Origin: Bacteroidota bacterium
Lineage (GTDB): Bacteria > Bacteroidota > Bacteroidia > Flavobacteriales > BACL11
NCBI GenBank assembly: GCA_036337275.1
Contig: JAYZEM010000005.1
Location: 807-64,806, forward strand
DNA: 64,000 bases
Direction: 5' to 3'
A program made the position numbers and the translations under genes. Shown here piece after piece: positions 28,326 to 36,334 of this stretch (positions are counted from its first letter, which is position 1; every line of letters starts with the position of its first letter). The notes beneath the pieces are model-generated. The model searched no databases and had not been told where the DNA came from. It worked only from the letters and a program-made list of their open reading frames with translations.

Positions 28326-28356
28326 AAAACCCCTTCCTTTGGCAGGGGTTTTTTTA
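28326..28356 (+). terminator. Rho-independent terminator after paralogue 1
   Basis: aaaaCCCCTtcctttggcAGGGGttttttta: a 5-bp GC stem with A/T extension, followed by a T-run. Confidence 0.55.
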
Positions 28357-28372
28357 TATCAAAAATTTAATT

Positions 28373-28380
28373 TAAGTTTG
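28373..28380 (+). promoter_or_regulatory. -7 promoter box TAAGTTTG upstream of paralogue 2
   Basis: Exact TAnnTTTG match, 24 nt upstream of the ATG at 28405. Confidence 0.4.
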
Positions 28381-28404
28381 CTATCTAATCTAAAAAAATA
28401 AATC

Positions 28405-30252
28405 ATGACTAGAACACTACTTCTTTTTGCCTTTTTGTTTTCCACATCACTAATGGCACAACAAAATTCTCCTGACGGAATTCAAACAAATAAAACTATA
28501 CAACAAGTTCCACTGCTGTATAAAAGTCAAACACCTATTTGGTCAGAAGATTTTGCAAATGGATTCCCAGCAAGTTGGAGCACTTACACCAATAATGCAT
28601 CAGGAGGAATTGCGACTTGCCCTTGGAAACATTCTTTTGTAGGATCTTGGGGATATTGGAATTCTAATCAGGGAACATCCCCCTCTTCTGCTATAAACTC
28701 CACAACTGCTGCAAATGGCTTTCTGATTTCCGACCCTGATTCTGCAAATCATTGGAATTACGGACAACCTTCCGGAACTACTTATGAGTATATGGAGTCA
28801 TACTTTACTACCAATGCAATTGACTTATCAGGATATCCAAATGTGAGTTTGGAATTCCAACAAACATTTAGATTTAATAACGGTTTGAATTTAAAAGTGT
28901 CAATAAGCACTGATAGTGTAATGTGGACAGATTATAATGTGCAAGGCAATGCAACCAATAATACTCAATCTCCAGATCCGCAATTTGTTAGTTTAAATAT
29001 ATCAGCCATTGCAGGGAACGACTCTACTGTATACATTAGAATTGGATGGGAAGCTAGGGTATACTATTGGATGATTGATGATATGCAAATAATTGAAACG
29101 CCAGCAAATAGATTAGAATTATTGGAAGCAAACCATGGAGGCTGGTATACTACTCCAACTACTCAAGGTTATGCATTAGGCTATAAATTTTACCCTATAA
29201 ATCAAGCGATTGCCAATCCTTATAAATTTGAAGGAGTTGTTGCCAACCTAGGAGCACTAACCCAAAATACAAGGCTAAATGTAGAAGCAATTGACGATAT
29301 TGGTACTTCTGTTTTCTCTTCAACAAGTAATGATACGTTACTTGCTACAATGGATACCAATATATTTCTTACCAATAATGCCTTTACTCCAACAAATACA
29401 GGCCTGTATAATTTTTATACATGGAGCACTTCCGATTCTACTCAAACAGATACGATTAATACTTCTTCAATTGTGACAGATAGTATTTATGGGCGTGATT
29501 TTGATAATTATCAATCTTATTGGAGAGTTGGGCGAAATTGTGGAGGAATGGTTCTTGGCACTTATTATGATGTTTATGATACAGATAATCTTACTTCTAT
29601 CTCGGCTTATGTGTCACCAATTTCAGTTCCTGGCGCAGAGATTTATGCAGCCGTTTATGAAATTGATGCAGCAGGTGGCTTGAAAATTTGGCTCAGTCAG
29701 TCAGATAATTATACAATTCAAACTGCAGATTTGGATAATTGGGTAACTTTTGAGATTCCTGGAGGAATTAACCTTCAAGCAGGGACGACTTATATGGCAG
29801 CCATTGGTGGTTATGCGCACCCTATTGATACTTCTGCTATTGGCGTTTCTGGTGAGGCTTGGTCAAGTACTTGTTATATTCAAGATAATGGTTGTAATAT
29901 TGGCAGTCAAGCCTTTGGAGATTGGTATTGGATAAGCAAAGTACCAATGATAAGAATGAATTTTGGTAATGTTTGGACAACAGGAGTTTCAGATAATGAT
30001 TTTGGAAAAAATATCAGTGTTTATCCTAATCCTACATCTGATAAATTCACCATTGAGCTTAACAATAATAAAGCTGAAAAAATTTCAATTTCTATTAAAA
30101 GTGTTTTAGGAAAAACTATCTTTATGAAACAACAATCCATTGCTATTGATGCAAAGCAAGTGATTGATATTTCTCCTTTTGCAAAGGGAATTTACTTATT
30201 GGAAATAACTAATGATGACGGAAGGTTTTCAGAACAGTTAATAGTTGAATAA
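28405..30252 (+). CDS. Secreted protein of unknown function with type-A T9SS C-terminal sorting domain (paralogue 2)
   Basis: Signal peptide MTRTLLLFAFLFSTSLMAQ and the block PIWSEDFANGFPASWST. Shared internal blocks with paralogue 1 (YYWMIDDMQIIETPAN, DSIYGRDF...WRVGRNCGG, IQDNGCNIGSQAFGDWYW, MIRMNFG). C-terminal ISVYPNPTSDKFTIEL...GIYLLEITNDDGRFSEQLIVE. Confidence 0.78.
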   Translation: MTRTLLLFAFLFSTSLMAQQNSPDGIQTNKTIQQVPLLYKSQTPIWSEDFANGFPASWSTYTNNASGGIATCPWKHSFVGSWGYWNSNQGTSPSSAINSTTAANGFLISDPDSANHWNYGQPSGTTYEYMESYFTTNAIDLSGYPNVSLEFQQTFRFNNGLNLKVSISTDSVMWTDYNVQGNATNNTQSPDPQFVSLNISAIAGNDSTVYIRIGWEARVYYWMIDDMQIIETPANRLELLEANHGGWYTTPTTQGYALGYKFYPINQAIANPYKFEGVVANLGALTQNTRLNVEAIDDIGTSVFSSTSNDTLLATMDTNIFLTNNAFTPTNTGLYNFYTWSTSDSTQTDTINTSSIVTDSIYGRDFDNYQSYWRVGRNCGGMVLGTYYDVYDTDNLTSISAYVSPISVPGAEIYAAVYEIDAAGGLKIWLSQSDNYTIQTADLDNWVTFEIPGGINLQAGTTYMAAIGGYAHPIDTSAIGVSGEAWSSTCYIQDNGCNIGSQAFGDWYWISKVPMIRMNFGNVWTTGVSDNDFGKNISVYPNPTSDKFTIELNNNKAEKISISIKSVLGKTIFMKQQSIAIDAKQVIDISPFAKGIYLLEITNDDGRFSEQLIVE

Positions 30253-30256
30253 TCTG

Positions 30257-30940
30257 ATGAAAACAGCAGTTCTATTATCAGGATGTGGCGTGTATGATGG
30301 CACTGAAATTCAAGAAGCTGTCTTTACACTCTTGTCTCTTTCCCAAAACAACTTAGAGTATGTCTGCACTGCACCAAACATTAAGCAGCACCATGTACTT
30401 AATCATACAAATGGAGAAGAAATACAAGAAGGAAGAAATGTGCTTTTTGAATCAGCTCGTATTGCAAGAGGAAAGATTATCTCATTAAATGAACTAGATT
30501 TCAATACAATTTCCTCTCTAGTAATTCCAGGAGGATTTGGTGCAGCTAAAAACCTAAGTAGTTGGGCTTTTAATGGTACTGATGGGGATGTAGTGCAAGG
30601 AGTAAAAGAATTAATCTTGCATTGTGTTGATAATAAAAAGCCAATTGTTGCACTTTGTATTTCCCCTACACTTATAGCAAAATCATTAGAAGGAAGCAAT
30701 TATGTAGCAGCATTAACATTAGGAACAACAACTGAAAATTCAGAATACAATATTGCTGAAATTCACCAAGCAATAAAAAGCATTGGCGCAAATGCTAATG
30801 AAAAAACAATCAATGAGATTTGTGTAGATGATAATTTAAAAATCATTTCAGCTCCTTGTTATATGATGGACGCAAATGTAGATGAAGTTTATCAAAACAT
30901 TAAATTGGCTATTAATCAACTTAAGCAGTTCTTAAAATAA
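30257..30940 (+). CDS. elbB: DJ-1/PfpI-family protein, ElbB-like (isoprenoid biosynthesis / glyoxalase III-like)
   Basis: MKTAVLLSGCGVYDGTEIQEAVFTLLSL N-terminus, LVIPGGFGAAKNLS, and the nucleophile-elbow block PIVALCISP. The track TTG start at 30245 overlaps the upstream stop; I prefer the ATG at 30257. Confidence 0.8.
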   Translation: MKTAVLLSGCGVYDGTEIQEAVFTLLSLSQNNLEYVCTAPNIKQHHVLNHTNGEEIQEGRNVLFESARIARGKIISLNELDFNTISSLVIPGGFGAAKNLSSWAFNGTDGDVVQGVKELILHCVDNKKPIVALCISPTLIAKSLEGSNYVAALTLGTTTENSEYNIAEIHQAIKSIGANANEKTINEICVDDNLKIISAPCYMMDANVDEVYQNIKLAINQLKQFLK

Positions 30941-30942
30941 AA

Positions 30943-30962
30943 AACCCTGCAGTTGCAGGGTT
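30943..30962. terminator. Hairpin after elbB, next to the convergent tRNA-Phe
   Basis: aaCCCTGC-agtt-GCAGGGtt: a perfect 6-bp stem plus A:T pairs. The T-run is short and interrupted (ttcttgtc), so termination efficiency is uncertain. Confidence 0.45.
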
Positions 30963-30975
30963 CTTGTCAAATTTG

Positions 30976-31048
30976 TGGTGCCACCAGGAATCGAACCGGG
31001 GACACAAGGATTTTCAGTCCTTTGCTCTACCAACTGAGCTATGGCACC
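30976..31048 (-). tRNA. tRNA-Phe (anticodon GAA)
   Basis: The reverse complement reads GGTGCCA-TA-GCTC-AGTTGGTA-GAGC-A-AAGGA-CTGAAAA-TCCTT-GTGTC-CCCGG-TTCGATT-CCTGG-TGGCACC-A. Standard cloverleaf of 73 nt. CCA is not encoded. There is one C51:U63 mismatch in the T stem. Confidence 0.92.
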
Positions 31049-31133
31049 AACCTAAATAAGGCTGCAAATTTAATCGTTTTTTTCTTTTAGAGAAATATTT
31101 TTTTGTTTTCATCTGCTCCCCCTTCTAATTGTT

Positions 31134-31141
31134 TAATTTTG
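31134..31141 (+). promoter_or_regulatory. -7 promoter box TAATTTTG upstream of coaX
   Basis: Exact TAnnTTTG match, 16 nt upstream of the ATG at 31158. Confidence 0.4.
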
Positions 31142-31157
31142 CCCTCAAATAATTTTA

Positions 31158-31874
31158 ATGAATTTAGTTATAGATATAGGAAACACTAGTATTAAGGCCG
31201 CTTTGTTTGATGATAATAAAATGATAAAACATCACACTTTTCTTAAATTAAGTTTAAAGGAATTGATTACCTTTACTGATGATTATCAAGTTCCAAAAAC
31301 AATTATTTCATCTGTACAAAAGCAAAATCAAATGACAGAAGAAATAGTACGTCATTTTAATGCACTTTATTTCTCACACAAAACAGCAATTCCAATTTCA
31401 TCTAATTATAAAACGCCAGAAACCTTAGGAACAGATAGAGTAGCAGCTATTGTTGGTATAAACAATGAATACCCAAATCAAAATGCACTCAGTATAGATG
31501 TGGGAAGTTGTATTACGTATGATTATTTTATAAAGGAATCCTATCTAGGAGGTCGCATCAGCCCAGGATTAAAGATGCGCTTTGATGCCTTACATCACTT
31601 TACAAATCAACTCCCTGAACTAAGCATCTCGGACACACATTTTACAATCGGCATCGATACAGATTCTTCTATTATTGCTGGTGTACAACAAGGTGCACTT
31701 GAAGAAATAGACACAATTATCTATAACTTTAGAAAAGAAAATCAGGATGCAATCGTTATTCTGAGTGGAGGAGACTATAAATTCTTTGAAAAACACTTAA
31801 AAAATAGCATATTTGCAGACCCTTTTATTGTACTAAAAGGGCTTAACACAATTCTTAAATTCAATGCCAAATAA
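31158..31874 (+). CDS. coaX: Type III pantothenate kinase
   Basis: MNLVIDIGNTSIKAALF phosphate-1 motif, LGTDRVAA, IDVGSCITYD and SGGD motifs. 238 aa. Confidence 0.9.
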   Translation: MNLVIDIGNTSIKAALFDDNKMIKHHTFLKLSLKELITFTDDYQVPKTIISSVQKQNQMTEEIVRHFNALYFSHKTAIPISSNYKTPETLGTDRVAAIVGINNEYPNQNALSIDVGSCITYDYFIKESYLGGRISPGLKMRFDALHHFTNQLPELSISDTHFTIGIDTDSSIIAGVQQGALEEIDTIIYNFRKENQDAIVILSGGDYKFFEKHLKNSIFADPFIVLKGLNTILKFNAK

Positions 31875-33141
31875 TAAATTCTTTCTTTTTCTTGTTTTTT
31901 CATTTCTCATTGCAATAAATTTATCGGCTCAGAATCAGCAGAATTCTGCTTATTCTCGTTTTGGGATAGGGGATATGCAATCCAATATTTTACCCGAATA
32001 TGCTGCAATGGGAGGTAGTGCTGTCGCTAGTTTTAATTCTAGCATTATAAATCCTTATAATCCAGCTTCATATTCAGCATTCAAGCCAAATTCATTTCTT
32101 TTTTCTACTGGAGGACAGCATCAAACAACCAAAATGCAAACTACTAGTTTAGAACAAATAACAAACAATTCTACTTTTTCACATTTAGTTTTAGGATGTC
32201 CAATTTCCAAAAAAATAGGAGTTAGTGCAGGACTTTTTCCATATAGTAATATTGGGTACAATATAGAAGACAATCAAGTTCATCCAGATTTAGGAGGTAT
32301 TAATTTTACTTATACAGGAGATGGCGGTCTAAATATAATGTATGTCGGGCTAGCCTATCAATTGAATGAAGCCCTTTCAGTTGGTGCAAATGCTAATTAT
32401 CTTTTTGGAGGCCTCAATAGAAACAAGAGAGTAATTTTTTCAGATGAACAAATCTTTAATACACGTAAAACAGCTAGTATTTCTGTAAAAGGATTCTTCT
32501 ATCAATTAGGCTTGATGTATAATAAACAAGTTAATGAGAAAACACATCTTACAATAGGAGCGAGTGCCAACAATAATGCTGAAATTTCTGCAAAAAGAAC
32601 CGTACTAACAGAAACTTTTCAGTTACAAAGTAACATCTATGAAGTGGTAAAAGACACCACAGAAAATTCTTCAACTGGATTTACAGAGGCTATGGTGTTG
32701 CCAAAAAATATTTCTACTGGAATTGCAATAGAGATGGATAATAAGTGGTTGCTAATGGCAGATTATTCAATACAAGACTGGACAAATTATCGTTTATTTG
32801 GAGAGTCCGATTCATTGGCAAATAGCATGCGTTTCTCAGCAGGCCTTCAATTTACTCTTGATCAGGGTGCTATAAATAAATATTGGAAACTTATAAAATT
32901 CCGATTTGGAGGGAAGTACGAGCAATCCCATTTGCAGTTATATAATACCCAACTCAATGAGAAAAGTGTCAGTTTCGGTTTAGGATTACCTTTATTAAAA
33001 ACAAAATCAGAAATCAACCTCTCAATAGAGGCAGGAGAAAGAGGTACAACAAATAATAATTTAATAAAAGAACAATTTTTGCGTTTTCAAATAGGGCTAA
33101 GCCTTAGCGATATTTGGTTCGTTAAAAGAAAATACGATTAA
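31864..33141 (+). CDS. Putative outer-membrane beta-barrel protein (function unknown)
   Basis: Signal peptide MPNNKFFLFLVFSFLIAINLSAQ, an alternating amphipathic beta-strand pattern, and an aromatic-rich C-terminal region. Overlaps the coaX stop by 11 nt. No specific family recognised. Confidence 0.45.
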   Translation: MPNNKFFLFLVFSFLIAINLSAQNQQNSAYSRFGIGDMQSNILPEYAAMGGSAVASFNSSIINPYNPASYSAFKPNSFLFSTGGQHQTTKMQTTSLEQITNNSTFSHLVLGCPISKKIGVSAGLFPYSNIGYNIEDNQVHPDLGGINFTYTGDGGLNIMYVGLAYQLNEALSVGANANYLFGGLNRNKRVIFSDEQIFNTRKTASISVKGFFYQLGLMYNKQVNEKTHLTIGASANNNAEISAKRTVLTETFQLQSNIYEVVKDTTENSSTGFTEAMVLPKNISTGIAIEMDNKWLLMADYSIQDWTNYRLFGESDSLANSMRFSAGLQFTLDQGAINKYWKLIKFRFGGKYEQSHLQLYNTQLNEKSVSFGLGLPLLKTKSEINLSIEAGERGTTNNNLIKEQFLRFQIGLSLSDIWFVKRKYD

Positions 33142-33143
33142 AG

Positions 33144-34433
33144 ATGAAGAGAAATTTAGCTATTTTATTCTGTATTTTGTTTTTATCTGATGGGGTAGAA
33201 GCACAGAATAAATATGGAGCGGATAGTGTGAATTGCGTGATAAACCTTTCCCTTTATAGAGAGTATTATAAGCAAAAAAATTATGATGACGCCCTCAAAT
33301 CATGGCGGTGGGTTTATAATAATTGCCCCGCATCAAGCAGAAATATTTTCAAAAATGGCCCAACCCTAATCAAATACATGATCAAGAAGCATCCTGAAAA
33401 TAAGGCAGCCTATACCGATACCCTTATGATAATTTATGATAAGAGGGTTCAATTTTTTGGAAAAGAAGGATATGTGCTTGGCAGAAAAGGAGCCGATTTA
33501 ATTAAACATGCTCCTGATAGATATGAACTGGCTCATGCAATATTATCAAAGTCAATTGATTTGCAAGGCAATCAATCAGAAGCAGGAACATTGTTAGCTT
33601 ATTTTAAGGCAACTACCTTATTGGAAAAAAATTCGAAAACAGATAAACAATCAGTTTTGGAAAGTTATGCAAGGGTTGCAGCAATCTCAGATCACAACAT
33701 CAGTAACACTTCAAAAAAAGACAAATATATTCAAGCTGCTAATATTATTGAATCACTTTTTGCTCCATATGCAAATTGTGATGATTTGGTTAGTATTTTT
33801 TCTACAAAGTTTGATGCTTCTACAGAAGATATAGATTTTTTAACAAGAATAACTAAACTTTTAGACAGCAAGGAATGTAACAATAACCAACTATATTTTG
33901 ATGCTGCTACTAGACTACATGAACTTGCTCCTTCTGCACTTTCTGCAAGTAAAATGGGAAAGCTAAATGTTGTAAAAAAGAATTATGCTGTTGCAGTAGA
34001 GTATTTTAAGCAAGCGGTAGAATTGGAAGAAGATACAAATACAAAGGCAAGATATTATCTTGAATTAGCGGATGCATATCGGATATCTGGCTCCTATTCT
34101 ACAGCAAGAATGACGGCTTTCAAATCAGCAGAATTACGTCCTGATTGGGGAGAACCATATTTTAGTATTGCTAATATTTATATCTCTTCCACTAGCAAAT
34201 GTGCTTCATCCAATTTTGAAAAGGAATCCGTTTATTGGGTTGCAGTAGATAAATTCATTAAGGCAAAATCAGTAGATGCTTCACTTACCGAAAAAGCCAA
34301 TAAAGCCATTGCCACCTATTCAAGATATTTTCCGAATACAGAAAGCTGCTTTTTTAATGGAGTTGAATCCGGCCAAACTTATAACGTTGAATGTTGGATA
34401 AATGAAACGACTAAAGTAAGAACAAGAGATTGA
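33144..34433 (+). CDS. Secreted TPR-like repeat protein
   Basis: Signal peptide. Helical-repeat sequences such as AVAVEYFKQAVELEEDTNTKARYYLELADAYRISGSYSTA. Function unknown. Confidence 0.5.
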   Translation: MKRNLAILFCILFLSDGVEAQNKYGADSVNCVINLSLYREYYKQKNYDDALKSWRWVYNNCPASSRNIFKNGPTLIKYMIKKHPENKAAYTDTLMIIYDKRVQFFGKEGYVLGRKGADLIKHAPDRYELAHAILSKSIDLQGNQSEAGTLLAYFKATTLLEKNSKTDKQSVLESYARVAAISDHNISNTSKKDKYIQAANIIESLFAPYANCDDLVSIFSTKFDASTEDIDFLTRITKLLDSKECNNNQLYFDAATRLHELAPSALSASKMGKLNVVKKNYAVAVEYFKQAVELEEDTNTKARYYLELADAYRISGSYSTARMTAFKSAELRPDWGEPYFSIANIYISSTSKCASSNFEKESVYWVAVDKFIKAKSVDASLTEKANKAIATYSRYFPNTESCFFNGVESGQTYNVECWINETTKVRTRD

Positions 34434-34996
34434 AAAAAGTAGCCGGTATAGTTTGCTTGCAATTCTTTGCATTTTGCTTTTTATTTTCTTGCACTAATGA
34501 CCCAAAAGAAGTAGAGCCCTTTGTAAGTATTGAAGGCCTACCAATAGAGGTAATGAAAAAAGCAGAATTGCGGTATACCGAAAAAGGAAATATCAAAGTA
34601 AAAATTGTAGCAGAAAAAATTGAAAGATACCCCAATAAAAACCCATCTGTATATTTTTCAGAAGGAGTTCTTGTGTATTTTTATAACGATTCTACAAGCA
34701 TAATATCTATACTTACAGCAGATCAAGCTTCCATTGATGATAAGAATCAGCAGATGATAGCACAAGCAAATGTTGTGTTGATTAATCAAAAGCAAGAAAA
34801 ACTCAATACAGAACAACTTATATGGGATGAGAAGTCTAATCTTATTTTTACCAAGAAAGCAGTGCGCATCTCAACAGAAGATGAAGTAATTTTTGGTGAC
34901 GGATTTGAATCGAACCCTGATTTTTCTAGCTATAAAATTACAAATGTAAGAGGAAGTATCAATATCAAACAAAGCAATGATAGTTTGATTAAATGA
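34430..34996 (+). CDS. lptC: LptC-like LPS-export periplasmic lipoprotein
   Basis: Lipoprotein signal (...FLFSC). The size (188 aa) and the C-terminal block LNTEQLIWDEKSNLIFTKKAVRISTEDEVIFGDGFESNPDFSSYKI fit Bacteroidota LptC. TTG start overlaps the upstream stop (ATTGA). Confidence 0.6.
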   Translation: MKKVAGIVCLQFFAFCFLFSCTNDPKEVEPFVSIEGLPIEVMKKAELRYTEKGNIKVKIVAEKIERYPNKNPSVYFSEGVLVYFYNDSTSIISILTADQASIDDKNQQMIAQANVVLINQKQEKLNTEQLIWDEKSNLIFTKKAVRISTEDEVIFGDGFESNPDFSSYKITNVRGSINIKQSNDSLIK

Positions 34997-35020
34997 TTTT
35001 TCCTTAACTTTACCAGATAA

Positions 35021-36256
35021 ATGTATTTTTATTTCATAATCCTTACGATTTTGTTTTCTGCTTTTTTTTCAGGAATGGAAATTGCATTTGTTTCCTCCAA
35101 TAAGTTAAAATTAGAATTGGATAAAAAGTCAAATAGTTTTACTTCTAGAATTATATCAGTTTTTACAAAAGAGGAATCTAGTTTTATTGTAACTATGCTT
35201 ATTGGAAACAATATTGCACTAGTAATCTATGGTTTGCTTATGGCAGAGTTATTAGAAGAAAATATACAAACCTTAGTCAACTCTTCTTTTCTTGTTTTTA
35301 TATTACAAACTGTAATTTCTACACTCATCATCTTAGTTTTTGCAGAATTTATTCCAAAAGCAATTTTCAGAATCAATTCCAACAATATTTTGAAATTTTT
35401 TGCCTTACCGCTAATGATTACTTATTTGTTACTTTATCCTATCAATTTATTGATGATCACCATTTCAAAATGGGCAATTAAGATACTATTTAAAGTTAAA
35501 ATTGATGAAGGACAGAGGTTATTTGATAGAATAGATTTGGATGCCTACTTAAATATGTTGAAAACAGAGGAAGACGATAATATGGAGGTTGAAATGTTGC
35601 AGAATGCACTTGAACTTACTACCATAAAAGCTAGAGAGTGTATGATACCAAGAACCGAAATTGTTGCTGTTGAGGTTGACACCTCAATTGCACTACTCAA
35701 AGAGAAATTCATTGAATCTAAACTTTCTAAGATACTTGTATACAAAAATGATATTGACAATATAATTGGCTATGTACATTCTTTAGACTTATTTCGCAAA
35801 CCAAAATCTATCAAATCCATTTTAATGCCTATCCCCATTGTTACAGAAACAATGGTAGCAAGTGAATTGCTCGAACTCCTAATTAAGAAACAAAGAGCAG
35901 TAGCAGTAGTGGTTGACGAATACGGAGGCACTTCAGGTATGGTTACAGTTGAAGATGTAACAGAAGAAATTGTTGGTGAAATAGAAGATGAACATGATGC
36001 AGAAACGCTCATTGATGAAAAAATTGATGACAAAACATTTCTTTTTTCTGCAAGAACAGAAGTGGATGCAATAAATAAAAAATACGAATTGAACTTGCCG
36101 ACATCAGAAGAATATGAAACTTTGGCAGGCTTGTTGCTTCATTTTCATGAAGACATTCCAGAGGTTGAAACGGTAATCAAAATTGGTAGATTTAATTTTG
36201 TCATAAAACAAGTAAACGACAGAAGCATTCAACTCATGCAAATTCATATTAATTAA
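35021..36256 (+). CDS. CNNM/CorC-family membrane protein (DUF21 + CBS pair + CorC_HlyC)
   Basis: N-terminal 4-TM DUF21 (FFSGMEIAFVS), a CBS pair (ARECMIPRTEIVAV ... ILVYKNDIDNIIGYV), VVDEYGGTSGMVTVEDVTEEIVGEIEDEHD, and a C-terminal transporter-associated domain. Confidence 0.85.
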   Translation: MYFYFIILTILFSAFFSGMEIAFVSSNKLKLELDKKSNSFTSRIISVFTKEESSFIVTMLIGNNIALVIYGLLMAELLEENIQTLVNSSFLVFILQTVISTLIILVFAEFIPKAIFRINSNNILKFFALPLMITYLLLYPINLLMITISKWAIKILFKVKIDEGQRLFDRIDLDAYLNMLKTEEDDNMEVEMLQNALELTTIKARECMIPRTEIVAVEVDTSIALLKEKFIESKLSKILVYKNDIDNIIGYVHSLDLFRKPKSIKSILMPIPIVTETMVASELLELLIKKQRAVAVVVDEYGGTSGMVTVEDVTEEIVGEIEDEHDAETLIDEKIDDKTFLFSARTEVDAINKKYELNLPTSEEYETLAGLLLHFHEDIPEVETVIKIGRFNFVIKQVNDRSIQLMQIHIN

Positions 36257-36334
36257 CAAAAATCGCTTCTTACAAATTAGCTAAAATTCTCTAATAAATT
36301 GTATATTCGCCACCTCAAAAAAACAAATTAACAT

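Noticed and set aside
30976-31048. C51:U63 mismatch in the T stem of tRNA-Phe, as a sign of a pseudo-tRNA
   Set aside because: The rest of the cloverleaf is canonical, and this is the only tRNA-Phe visible here. One mismatch is insufficient evidence, and a hand transcription error cannot be fully excluded.
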